Made by a program: the position numbers and the translations under genes
Notes under the pieces: model-generated
The model's database searches: none
What the model was told of the DNA's origin: nothing
The model's input: only the letters and a program-made list of their open reading frames with translations
Source of the DNA: Candidatus Niyogibacteria bacterium CG10_big_fil_rev_8_21_14_0_10_46_36
GTDB taxonomy: Bacteria > Patescibacteriota > Minisyncoccia > 1-14-0-10-42-19
DNA length: 64,000 nt
Direction: 5' to 3'
NCBI GenBank assembly: GCA_002772995.1
Contig: PFCO01000008.1
Span: forward strand, 23,150-87,149
Shown: positions 44,624-52,934 of the stretch, piece by piece
Layout: every line of letters begins with the position of its first letter
How positions within the stretch are numbered: position 1 is the stretch's first letter

Positions 44624-46474
44624 TTAGTTATCAAGATTATAAATGAATATCGATTTTCCTGCACGAGCGATGGGGGTTTTACCGCGAAGCCAATCATAGC
44701 GGTCTTGTTTCGGGATATCGAATCCCTTTACTGTGGTGCCCCATGCGGTTTGCCGGAGCGTTATTGAAATTGCAAACCACCCTCCGTCCGGTTCTCCTTT
44801 TGCCGAATACCATTCCTCGTACGCATCGCCTAGGTAATACCGCGGCGAGCCGCCCCCGAAGTAATTTAGGCGTATATGACTAATTTCTTGTTCGTCCACA
44901 AATGCTTTGAGCCGTTTTAAGTCCTGCCCCCAGTCATAGTTGGAATCGACAATATAGGAGTATCCATTGTCAGTACCTCCTGCAAGCGCGTTGTAATAAG
45001 AAAGATAATTCGGGAAGGCAAAAAGAACAGTGCCCGCCATCCATAGTAATAAGATGGAAACACACAGGAACTTAGGAATGCGCTTCATCATCATTTCATA
45101 TAATGATATGAGCCACTCTCTTATCGTCTGCGGGTCGGTAAAGGTGACATGATGGGTCCAGCGGACAATTTCACGCGCTACGATAAGAAAGATAAATGGA
45201 AATGTCGGCAAAACATGGCGTACGCCGATATTCAGGGGGCTTGCAATAGAACTTATCCAATAGATAACAACGAATAGTCCGCTTCCGGTAAGTACAAAGT
45301 TGTCGCGCATCCATTCAAGAGTAGAGGAAACTGCTTTTTCATGGCTCCGCGCAACCATAACCAAGAATAATATAAGCGCAAGTACTGTCAGGAGATGGAA
45401 CGCAAGCTGTTCTTTTAGAAGATATGCGACCGGAAAATAATCAAGCCAGCCGTTATTGGTAACTTCGCCCAAAAAGTATGTGGTATTCCCGTGCGTGCCG
45501 CGATTAACAACCATAAGGAGACCATGAGCGTATTGCGTGAGCGGGCGCAGCAGCGGGACTTCGCTTAATTGTATGAGCGTTTGTGCAACCGGCTGGAAGC
45601 GGACATCTTTTAAGTTAGACTGCATATCCCGTATCTGTATGTCTGGGGGGTAGTGCCAAACATGGAACGCGTATACCGCGTATATAAGCACAAGGCCAAT
45701 CAGCCCTATCAGAATGAGATTGCCAAGCAGCCGGGCTTCGTGTTTCAAAAAATGCACAAGCCGTTTTGGGAAAGAAGATAAGGAGCGCATATGGTCAAGG
45801 TGTGCTAGCAATATCCAGAGCGTCCCTAGAACCACAAATAACGGGATGAGGAGCACGAGGGAGAATTTAAGCAATTGAGCTACCCCAAAAGCAACACCGG
45901 CAATGCAGAGGTTTTTTTTGGTGGAGGATGAGAGATATCTAAAAAATGATGCGAGCCCTATAAAAAATGCAAAGGCCGCTGCAAGATCAGTAGTGACATA
46001 TCGGGCATGCGCGATAATGGTTGGCGAAGTGACGAAAAAGAATAGTGAGAGCAAACCCACCTTCTCGCCATACAAGCTTGAAGCCCAGCGATAGAACAGC
46101 CATCCAAACAGCATGGCTAGAAGCATGAGTGGGAGACGGGCCCAAAAAAGAATTTGATCGGGGTTATTTCCTGATTCGTACAAGAACACGGATCCCATTA
46201 TCCATTGGCCGTTTACATCTGTTTCCCAGGCGGGAATATCAGTGGGGAAGTTTAAATGCAAAAATAAAAGCGGGATTCCTGCGAGGTCTTTTGCAAGCGG
46301 AGGATGTTCGGGATTGAGCCGGTAGTCTTGCTCGGCTATATACGAATATGACGCAGGAATATGCGCCAACTCATCCATGATTGCTGATTCCGGGAGTGCA
46401 GAAAAGAGCGTCACGACAAAAAGTGCCGCAAGCATGAAAAGAGCTATTGAGTGTGATATGCGATGATTAATCAT
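44624..46474 (-). CDS. Family-39-like (PMT/ArnT-type) polyprenyl-phosphate-dependent membrane glycosyltransferase
   Basis: More than 10 TM helices. The N-terminal loop motif DELAHIPASYSY...EHPPLAK is typical of GT39/GT83-like enzymes. Confidence 0.75.
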   Translation of the reverse strand: MINHRISHSIALFMLAALFVVTLFSALPESAIMDELAHIPASYSYIAEQDYRLNPEHPPLAKDLAGIPLLFLHLNFPTDIPAWETDVNGQWIMGSVFLYESGNNPDQILFWARLPLMLLAMLFGWLFYRWASSLYGEKVGLLSLFFFVTSPTIIAHARYVTTDLAAAFAFFIGLASFFRYLSSSTKKNLCIAGVAFGVAQLLKFSLVLLIPLFVVLGTLWILLAHLDHMRSLSSFPKRLVHFLKHEARLLGNLILIGLIGLVLIYAVYAFHVWHYPPDIQIRDMQSNLKDVRFQPVAQTLIQLSEVPLLRPLTQYAHGLLMVVNRGTHGNTTYFLGEVTNNGWLDYFPVAYLLKEQLAFHLLTVLALILFLVMVARSHEKAVSSTLEWMRDNFVLTGSGLFVVIYWISSIASPLNIGVRHVLPTFPFIFLIVAREIVRWTHHVTFTDPQTIREWLISLYEMMMKRIPKFLCVSILLLWMAGTVLFAFPNYLSYYNALAGGTDNGYSYIVDSNYDWGQDLKRLKAFVDEQEISHIRLNYFGGGSPRYYLGDAYEEWYSAKGEPDGGWFAISITLRQTAWGTTVKGFDIPKQDRYDWLRGKTPIARAGKSIFIYNLDN

Positions 46475-46475
46475 A

Positions 46476-48116
46476 TTATTTTCTCATGATGAGGTATCCA
46501 GTTTCCGGAGAAATGCTAAGTCCCGGGATCTGCTCTCGCAAGCGGAGACGTAGCATTTCATCTTTCTCAAGCATGGCGACAATACAGCTATCGGCGCACG
46601 CGATATCCCCGATATCTTCCGGATATAGATAGGTAATGTGTTTTTCAGTTTGTTTTTCTTTACTCCAGCTGTCAGTAACGAACATGATTGACTGAGAAGG
46701 CATCGGGAGACTGCGGGTGTCGCCGGGGACGGGTATGCGTACTCCGTCTGCGTTTATTATAATATATTTTTCTATTTCTTGAGGCTGAGCATTCAGCCAT
46801 CGTCCAATCTCAGTATAGTTAGTGCTAAATGCGTCATATACCTCAACATTCGAGCCCCATCGAAGGACATATTGATTGAATGCCTGCAACGCGCCTGCCA
46901 GAAAAAACACAATAAGGAGAAACACCAATTCTTTGCGAATTCTGTGAAGCTGGCGTGCCGCGTGCGGGACCGCGCGTTCTTTTTGGGCAAGCCATCCGCC
47001 GATATTATGCATGACTGATGAGAGTGCGTGCGCAGAAATCATCATAACAGGCGGGATGACAAGCAGGGCGCGGAGCGCATGTGGGATGCCCTCGTTAGAA
47101 AATATAACCGGAAGCAGCCCCAATATAATCCACCCAAAAAGAAAAAGAGATATCTGCCAGTGTTTTTTTCTGCGCAAGGAAGATGCGTGCATCACAATGC
47201 CTAATGCAAATAATATTCCCACAGGGAACCATAGCTCCGGAGCGCCCGAAACATTATGTCTCCAATTGCCGTCACCCTGAAACCAAAACATGCCAAATGT
47301 CTGTAATGTATTTTCGATGATGGTGCTGATGGGGGAGGGCGTGTCAAAAACGGAAATTTGTGCCGTGCGTCCCAAAAAGTCCGTTGGGTGGTTTAAGAAA
47401 TATACGCCGAGCGGAAGCGCTGCGATAACAGCGAAGAACAAAAAAAGAGCAAACGAACACCACATGCATCCTTGTTTCCCAAAACCCCGGAGCCCTTGTT
47501 CTTTCCATATCTTGATAAATGGGATAGCTAATAAGAGCGGCATGACACGGTAAGCGATGTATGAATGAAATCCTCCTCCGAAAAAGATGCCGCCTGCGGC
47601 AGCAGCGAGTGTCTTTTTTGTGTCAGAAAGGTCTTTTCTAAATGTGAGCCACAAGAAATAAAACCCGAATGTCAGAAAGAACGGAGCCATAATTGCACGA
47701 AATCCGATGCGCGAAAAATTAATATGCCAGAATGATGTTGCAAGGAAGAATGCGGCGATGAGCGCTATGAGTTCCGCCCGTTCTTTATGCGTTTCGCGGA
47801 ACAGCTCTTTTGTAAGGAGATATGTGCCAAGAACGGTAAGAATGCCAAAGAGCGCTGATAGCAGGTGAAGCACCCATATATTGTTTCCGAACAACGAAAA
47901 TATTCCTGCGGCAAGTATAATGTAAAGCCCTTCTCTTCCGTTGTTCTCGCTATAGAACATTTGAGGGGATCCGGTGTCTAATGTCTGGATTGCATTATTG
48001 CCGTTCATCGCTTCGTCCGGGTATATGCCGGGCGGTATGTCGGCCAGATCAAATGTCCGTAAAAAAACAGCAACCAGGAGGACGCAGAGGAGCAATATAA
48101 TGTGTAACTTTTGCAT
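46476..48116 (-). CDS. Second family-39-like membrane glycosyltransferase (tandem paralogue)
   Basis: Polytopic, with the loop motif PGIYPDEAMNGNNA. Start chosen at ATG 48116 (MQKLHIILLL), where hydrophobicity begins; the longer track ORF has a Cys/Ser-rich non-membrane extension. Confidence 0.7.
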   Translation of the reverse strand: MQKLHIILLLCVLLVAVFLRTFDLADIPPGIYPDEAMNGNNAIQTLDTGSPQMFYSENNGREGLYIILAAGIFSLFGNNIWVLHLLSALFGILTVLGTYLLTKELFRETHKERAELIALIAAFFLATSFWHINFSRIGFRAIMAPFFLTFGFYFLWLTFRKDLSDTKKTLAAAAGGIFFGGGFHSYIAYRVMPLLLAIPFIKIWKEQGLRGFGKQGCMWCSFALFLFFAVIAALPLGVYFLNHPTDFLGRTAQISVFDTPSPISTIIENTLQTFGMFWFQGDGNWRHNVSGAPELWFPVGILFALGIVMHASSLRRKKHWQISLFLFGWIILGLLPVIFSNEGIPHALRALLVIPPVMMISAHALSSVMHNIGGWLAQKERAVPHAARQLHRIRKELVFLLIVFFLAGALQAFNQYVLRWGSNVEVYDAFSTNYTEIGRWLNAQPQEIEKYIIINADGVRIPVPGDTRSLPMPSQSIMFVTDSWSKEKQTEKHITYLYPEDIGDIACADSCIVAMLEKDEMLRLRLREQIPGLSISPETGYLIMRK

Positions 48117-48138
48117 ATATCTATTATAATAGAGAAAT

Positions 48139-48537
48139 ATGAATACTACACCGGAACGGCCCTTCTCTTCTCCGCAGGAAGAAATCCAGTGGCTGAGAGG
48201 CCAGCTTGAATCAAAAACCAGCCCTGAACAGAATGAACCCACCCTCTCCAAGGAAGCGGCTAAGGAAATATTGCATGAAGTGGTAGAAAAAGCATCACAG
48301 CCGTCGGAGTCATACGCATTGCCCGATAGCGATATTAAAAAAAAGGCAGAAAGCATGGAGCAAGAGGAGCACCATGAACAAATAGATGAACTTATGGCCA
48401 TTGCTCAAGAAAAAGGCATTATATCTGCCTTGAAGGTTGCCCGCAGCATTGGCAATCCTCATATTCTTGATGATTTTCATGATCATTTGATAGAGATTCT
48501 GTTGTTTCAGGATGATTCACAGTCATCTTCATCATAA
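48139..48537 (+). CDS. Hypothetical acidic protein (132 aa)
   Basis: TATTATAAT box 7 nt upstream, possibly leaderless; low-complexity acidic sequence. Confidence 0.45.
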   Translation: MNTTPERPFSSPQEEIQWLRGQLESKTSPEQNEPTLSKEAAKEILHEVVEKASQPSESYALPDSDIKKKAESMEQEEHHEQIDELMAIAQEKGIISALKVARSIGNPHILDDFHDHLIEILLFQDDSQSSSS

Positions 48538-48543
48538 AAACAT

Positions 48544-50967
48544 ATGATGCTTATATATGGCATTGTTGCATATCTTCCATTCCTCATAGTAGGCGTTATC
48601 GCCATCGGAGTTGTGCTTTATTTTGTAAATCATATGCGCACTCGGCGCCAGCTGGAGCGTTCGTTACAGTTTGTGTTGTATGAGGTCACATTCTCGGAAG
48701 AGGAATCTCCCGTAGGGGAGGGGGGCTTTAAGAATTTCATTTCTGTGATGGAGCAGTTTTATAGCGGCATGAGCGCGATCAGCGAAGCAAAAGTCCCATG
48801 GGGCATTGGAAAAAATTTTTATGTGCTGGAACTTGCGTTACCCGACATAGGGGAGGAGACCACATTTTATGTCGGCATGCAGCATGCCCATCGGCGTATT
48901 TTCGAAAAGCAGCTCGAAAGTCTTTTCCCGCATGCTCGGGCGGAAGTCGTCCAGCATGATTACAATATTTTTAACGCGGAAGGCGCAAGCAAGGGCGCGG
49001 TCATAACGCTGTCGAAAAATTTTGCGCTTCCGGTGCGCACCTACGACAAACTGGAAGCCGACCCGCTGGAGGTGCTTGCAAATGCTTTTTCTAAATTGAA
49101 GAAAAAGGGAGAAGGAGCGGCTCTTCAAATTATTGTAGAGCCCGCAGAAAAAGAAGTGGTCCGGAAAATACACAAAGCGCGCGAAATGCTTTTAGAGGGC
49201 AATTCTCTTTCGCAAAGCGAGGCGAGCGGATGGATGGGAGAGCTTTCAAGAACATTTCGTATATTTTCCAGCTCATCATCTTCAGTAAAGAAAAAAGAAG
49301 ACCCAAAACAGCGGGTGTATGAGGAGGCGGTAAAATTGGTGGAAGAAAAAATGAATTCCCCCCTCTTTAAAGTAAACATACGCATCATCACTTCTGCCCC
49401 CACCGAAGAAGAAGCAGGCGGCATTTTAAAAGAGATATCGTCAGCGTTTCTTCAGTTTTCGGAACCCCAAGGAAATCAATTTATGGTACAAGACATAAAA
49501 CGATCGAAATTGCAGGAATTCTTTTATCTGTTTTCGTTTCGTATGTTTTCGGGGGCGTCGGCTTCATATATAAACGCTCGTGAGCTTACGAGCGTTTATC
49601 ACTTTCCGTACGGCGCGGTTTCTGCACCAAGGTTAAAAACTCTTAAGTCAAAAGATGCGCCCGCTCCGGCAAATCTTCCCCAGGAAGGGATTCTTTTGGG
49701 CACAAATTCATTCCGTGGAGAGTATCTCCCGGTGCGCATGAAGCTTGATGACCGCAGGCGGCATCAGTATATCATCGGGCAGACAGGAACCGGAAAGTCC
49801 GAATTTATGAAAAACATGATCCGCCAGGATATCGAGATCGGGCAGGGGATTTGCGTTATCGATCCGCACGGAGATATGGTGAGCGATATTTTAGGGCAGA
49901 TTCCTGAAGAGCGTGTTCAGGATGTGATTTATTTTGATCCGGGGAATGTAGATATGCCTATGGGACTTAATTTTCTTGAATATGACGAGCGTTATCCCGA
50001 ACAAAAAACATTTGTTGTTGATGAACTTCTGGCTATATTTAATAAACTCTACAATATGGAGCTTGCGGGTGGGCCAATGTTTGAGCAATATTTCAGGAAT
50101 GCCGCACACTTGGTTCTTGAAGACCCGTCATCCGGCAATACCTTATTAGAAATTATCCGTGTGCTTTCTGATAAAGCATTCCGGGATTACAAACTCTCCC
50201 GGTCAAAAAATCCTTTGGTGAATGCGTTTTGGAAAGAGATTGCTGAAAAGGCAGGAGGGGAGCACGCGCTTCAGAATATGATCCCGTATATCACTTCAAA
50301 ATTTGATACATTCCTTTCAAACGAGATTATGCGCCCTATTATTGCGCAACAGCACTCCGCGTTCCAGATGCGCGATGTAATGGATAACGGCAAGATACTA
50401 CTAGTAAATCTTTCCAAGGGCCGTGTGGGTGAGACAAACTCTGCCTTATTGGGGTTGGTTATCGTCGGCAAAATTCTTATGGCGGCATTTTCCCGGGCAA
50501 GCGAAACGCATCAGGAACAGCGGCGGGATTTTTTCTTGTACTTGGATGAGTTTCAAAGCATTACTACGCCCTCTATCGCAACCATTCTTTCGGAAGCACG
50601 CAAATATAAGCTCAATCTCATTATGGCGCATCAATTTATCGGCCAGCTATCCGAAGATATACGGAAATCCGTCTTCGGCAATGTCGGGACAATGGTCTCA
50701 TTCCGCATCGGAAGAGAAGACGCCGAAATCATTGAGAAGCAGTTTGAGCCGGTATTTTCGGCGCACGATCTCACAAACATAGAGAATTTTCAGGCATATA
50801 TTAAAATGCTTATAGGCGGGCAAACAGCAAAGCCGTTCAATATTCGGACATTCCCTCCGAAAGAAAGCAATGCGGTTGAGGCTGAAGCAATCAAAGAATT
50901 GTCCTCCCAGAAATATGGTCGTCCCCGGAAAGAGATAGAGGAGGAAGTTATGAGGCGATACCAATAA
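48544..50967 (+). CDS. TraG/VirD4/TraD-like (type IV coupling protein family) membrane ATPase with a roughly 400-aa N-terminal extension
   Basis: N-terminal TM helix. Walker A GQTGTGKS, followed by VIDPHGD, Walker B-like FLYLDEFQS and AHQFIGQL...FGNVGTMVSFRIG, which resembles the C-terminal motif of TraG/VirD4/DUF87 ATPases. Confidence 0.7.
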   Translation: MMLIYGIVAYLPFLIVGVIAIGVVLYFVNHMRTRRQLERSLQFVLYEVTFSEEESPVGEGGFKNFISVMEQFYSGMSAISEAKVPWGIGKNFYVLELALPDIGEETTFYVGMQHAHRRIFEKQLESLFPHARAEVVQHDYNIFNAEGASKGAVITLSKNFALPVRTYDKLEADPLEVLANAFSKLKKKGEGAALQIIVEPAEKEVVRKIHKAREMLLEGNSLSQSEASGWMGELSRTFRIFSSSSSSVKKKEDPKQRVYEEAVKLVEEKMNSPLFKVNIRIITSAPTEEEAGGILKEISSAFLQFSEPQGNQFMVQDIKRSKLQEFFYLFSFRMFSGASASYINARELTSVYHFPYGAVSAPRLKTLKSKDAPAPANLPQEGILLGTNSFRGEYLPVRMKLDDRRRHQYIIGQTGTGKSEFMKNMIRQDIEIGQGICVIDPHGDMVSDILGQIPEERVQDVIYFDPGNVDMPMGLNFLEYDERYPEQKTFVVDELLAIFNKLYNMELAGGPMFEQYFRNAAHLVLEDPSSGNTLLEIIRVLSDKAFRDYKLSRSKNPLVNAFWKEIAEKAGGEHALQNMIPYITSKFDTFLSNEIMRPIIAQQHSAFQMRDVMDNGKILLVNLSKGRVGETNSALLGLVIVGKILMAAFSRASETHQEQRRDFFLYLDEFQSITTPSIATILSEARKYKLNLIMAHQFIGQLSEDIRKSVFGNVGTMVSFRIGREDAEIIEKQFEPVFSAHDLTNIENFQAYIKMLIGGQTAKPFNIRTFPPKESNAVEAEAIKELSSQKYGRPRKEIEEEVMRRYQ

Positions 50968-50975
50968 TCAGCACT

Positions 50976-51533
50976 ATGTTTGTTCCATCATTATTGCAGG
51001 CGTTTTCTAATATTAGGGGCGTTTTGACTGCGGATGTCTCAATCTGGCTTTTGCTTACACCGCTTGTTGTGCTGTGGGTTGCTACCGAATTTTACTATGG
51101 AGAATACAAGCGTGAGCAGTTTGGATTTTCATCCGCGTTAACATCAGGCATGTCTCTGGTGTGGGTGAGCCTTGTTGCTGTGCGGGTGCTTTTTCTCTTT
51201 GATAGAGAAGGAGGCATATTTGCTTTGTTTGAGACATGGATACTTCTGGCATTCGTGCTGTACGGATTATTTATTGTGTATGCATCCTTCACGCATATTG
51301 TTACGCTTCGGGCGATGGGGAAGGTTGCGGCACCCTCCCTTTTGTATTTTCTTTCCATTGTTGCGGTTATCTTGGGGGAAGGAACGCTTGCGCTTAACTA
51401 TTATATCCTTCTCGCGTTTAGCATTGTTTTTATTGTATTAGTTGCATTCTTTTTTATTATTAAACGATATTTTTTGGGACTGCGCGGCGATATTGAGCGG
51501 GTCAAAGAAGCCGGCAGCAAACCAAAGATGTAA
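50976..51533 (+). CDS. Hypothetical 5-TM membrane protein
   Basis: Hydrophobic ORF directly downstream of the ATPase. Confidence 0.5.
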   Translation: MFVPSLLQAFSNIRGVLTADVSIWLLLTPLVVLWVATEFYYGEYKREQFGFSSALTSGMSLVWVSLVAVRVLFLFDREGGIFALFETWILLAFVLYGLFIVYASFTHIVTLRAMGKVAAPSLLYFLSIVAVILGEGTLALNYYILLAFSIVFIVLVAFFFIIKRYFLGLRGDIERVKEAGSKPKM

Positions 51534-51539
51534 ATATTT

Positions 51540-52187
51540 ATGGAGCAGCGATTTTTAGCGAAGGATTACATATTAGCATTTTTTTCTGGGCTTTTAACCG
51601 GACTTTTACTCTTGCCGGTGCTCCGGAATCTTGATGCCGGTATCCCATACCAGTCATGGGTTCTTCTTGTCGGGTTCCCGTTTTTGATGATATTCGGCCT
51701 TTTTGTGGGAGGGGTGCTGTCGCGGTGGGTGCGTATCTTTTTTCAGGCAAGCAAGTTTGCGGTAACTGGGTTTTTGAATATGGCGGTTGATTTTGGGGTG
51801 TTGAACCTTCTTATATCGTTTACCGGCATAAGTATGGGGGCATATTTTTCAGTATTCAAAGGCGCATCGTTTATCGTTGCAAATATCAATAGTTATTTCT
51901 GGAACAAATTTTGGACATTCCGGAAAAAGATTCCGGCGCATTTGGAATCTCTCGAATCGGTTCCCGGCGCGCAGAAGCAGGCGCCAAAAGAATATGCCCA
52001 GTTCTTCATCGTGAGCGTTATCGGTCTTTTGATAAATGTCGGTGCGGCAACACTGGTGGTCAATGTTGTCGGTGCGCAATTTGACTTGGGCGCAAACGCA
52101 TGGGCAAATGTCGGTGCGGTTGCCGGTTCTGCTGCAGGACTTTTGTGGAACTTTATCGGCTACAAACTCATCGTATTTAAATCATAA
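51540..52187 (+). CDS. GtrA-family membrane protein
   Basis: FAVTGFLNMAVDFGVLNLL...NSYFWNKFWTFR matches the GtrA domain pattern. Confidence 0.7.
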   Translation: MEQRFLAKDYILAFFSGLLTGLLLLPVLRNLDAGIPYQSWVLLVGFPFLMIFGLFVGGVLSRWVRIFFQASKFAVTGFLNMAVDFGVLNLLISFTGISMGAYFSVFKGASFIVANINSYFWNKFWTFRKKIPAHLESLESVPGAQKQAPKEYAQFFIVSVIGLLINVGAATLVVNVVGAQFDLGANAWANVGAVAGSAAGLLWNFIGYKLIVFKS

Positions 52188-52203
52188 TGTTTCTTTTTGG
52201 TGT

Positions 52204-52890
52204 GTGATTGAGGCGCATCCTATAACTACAAAATCCTGTGTTCGCTGCGAGGATGAGTTTTTGGGTGAGGCGTGGAGAAACGCGTGCTGGGACTGTTACG
52301 AATATGTTGTAGAGGGGCAGGAATTTTTTACGGAACGCATTATCTCTGACGACGCTCCCCGCCATTACGAGAACGGATTTTTCCTTTGGGAGAAAGAAGA
52401 CAAGGGCTATTACTGGTTCTCTCCCGATGAGCGCTGCGTATTGGTGCCTGAAAAATTTCACGAGTCAAAAACGCTTAAGCAGGTGATGCGTAAGCGCGCG
52501 TTACGATACACCGAAAACGAGCACTTTGATAAGGTTATGCTTTTGTGCAGAAACGCGCACATAAAAGACGGCGTGTGGCTTACGAATGAATTTATCCATC
52601 TGTTCTCCGATTTGTTCGGGAAGGGGTGCGCGTATTCAATTGAGGTGTGGGACGGTGACGATATTATCGGGGGGCTATTCGGGCTTCGCATGCCGTCATA
52701 TCGTTCCGTAGAATCTATGTTCAGCATACAAAATGATATGTCAAAACTCGCCTTACGCCATGTATGTAGCCTTGAGCGGGGGCATAGGAGCATTATTGAT
52801 CTTCAGATGGCCTCCAGGCACCTATTATCACTTGGTGCTGATGTTATTTCTCGTGATGAGTTTTTGTATCACATCAAAAAAACACCATAA
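52204..52890 (+). CDS. aat: Leucyl/phenylalanyl-tRNA--protein transferase (Aat) with N-terminal Cys4 zinc-ribbon-like extension; non-ATG (GTG) start likely
   Basis: ENGFFLWEKEDKGYYWFSPDERCVLVPEKFHESKTLKQ, IEVWDGDDIIGGLFGL and ESMFS...SKLAL...GHRSIIDLQ align with the Aat core. No in-frame ATG follows the upstream stop; GTG at 52204. N-terminal C-x2-C...C-x2-C. Confidence 0.7.
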   Translation: MIEAHPITTKSCVRCEDEFLGEAWRNACWDCYEYVVEGQEFFTERIISDDAPRHYENGFFLWEKEDKGYYWFSPDERCVLVPEKFHESKTLKQVMRKRALRYTENEHFDKVMLLCRNAHIKDGVWLTNEFIHLFSDLFGKGCAYSIEVWDGDDIIGGLFGLRMPSYRSVESMFSIQNDMSKLALRHVCSLERGHRSIIDLQMASRHLLSLGADVISRDEFLYHIKKTP

Positions 52891-52934
52891 ACGGCTTTAT
52901 TGAGTATGGGTACAAAATACGATATTCTAAGGAC

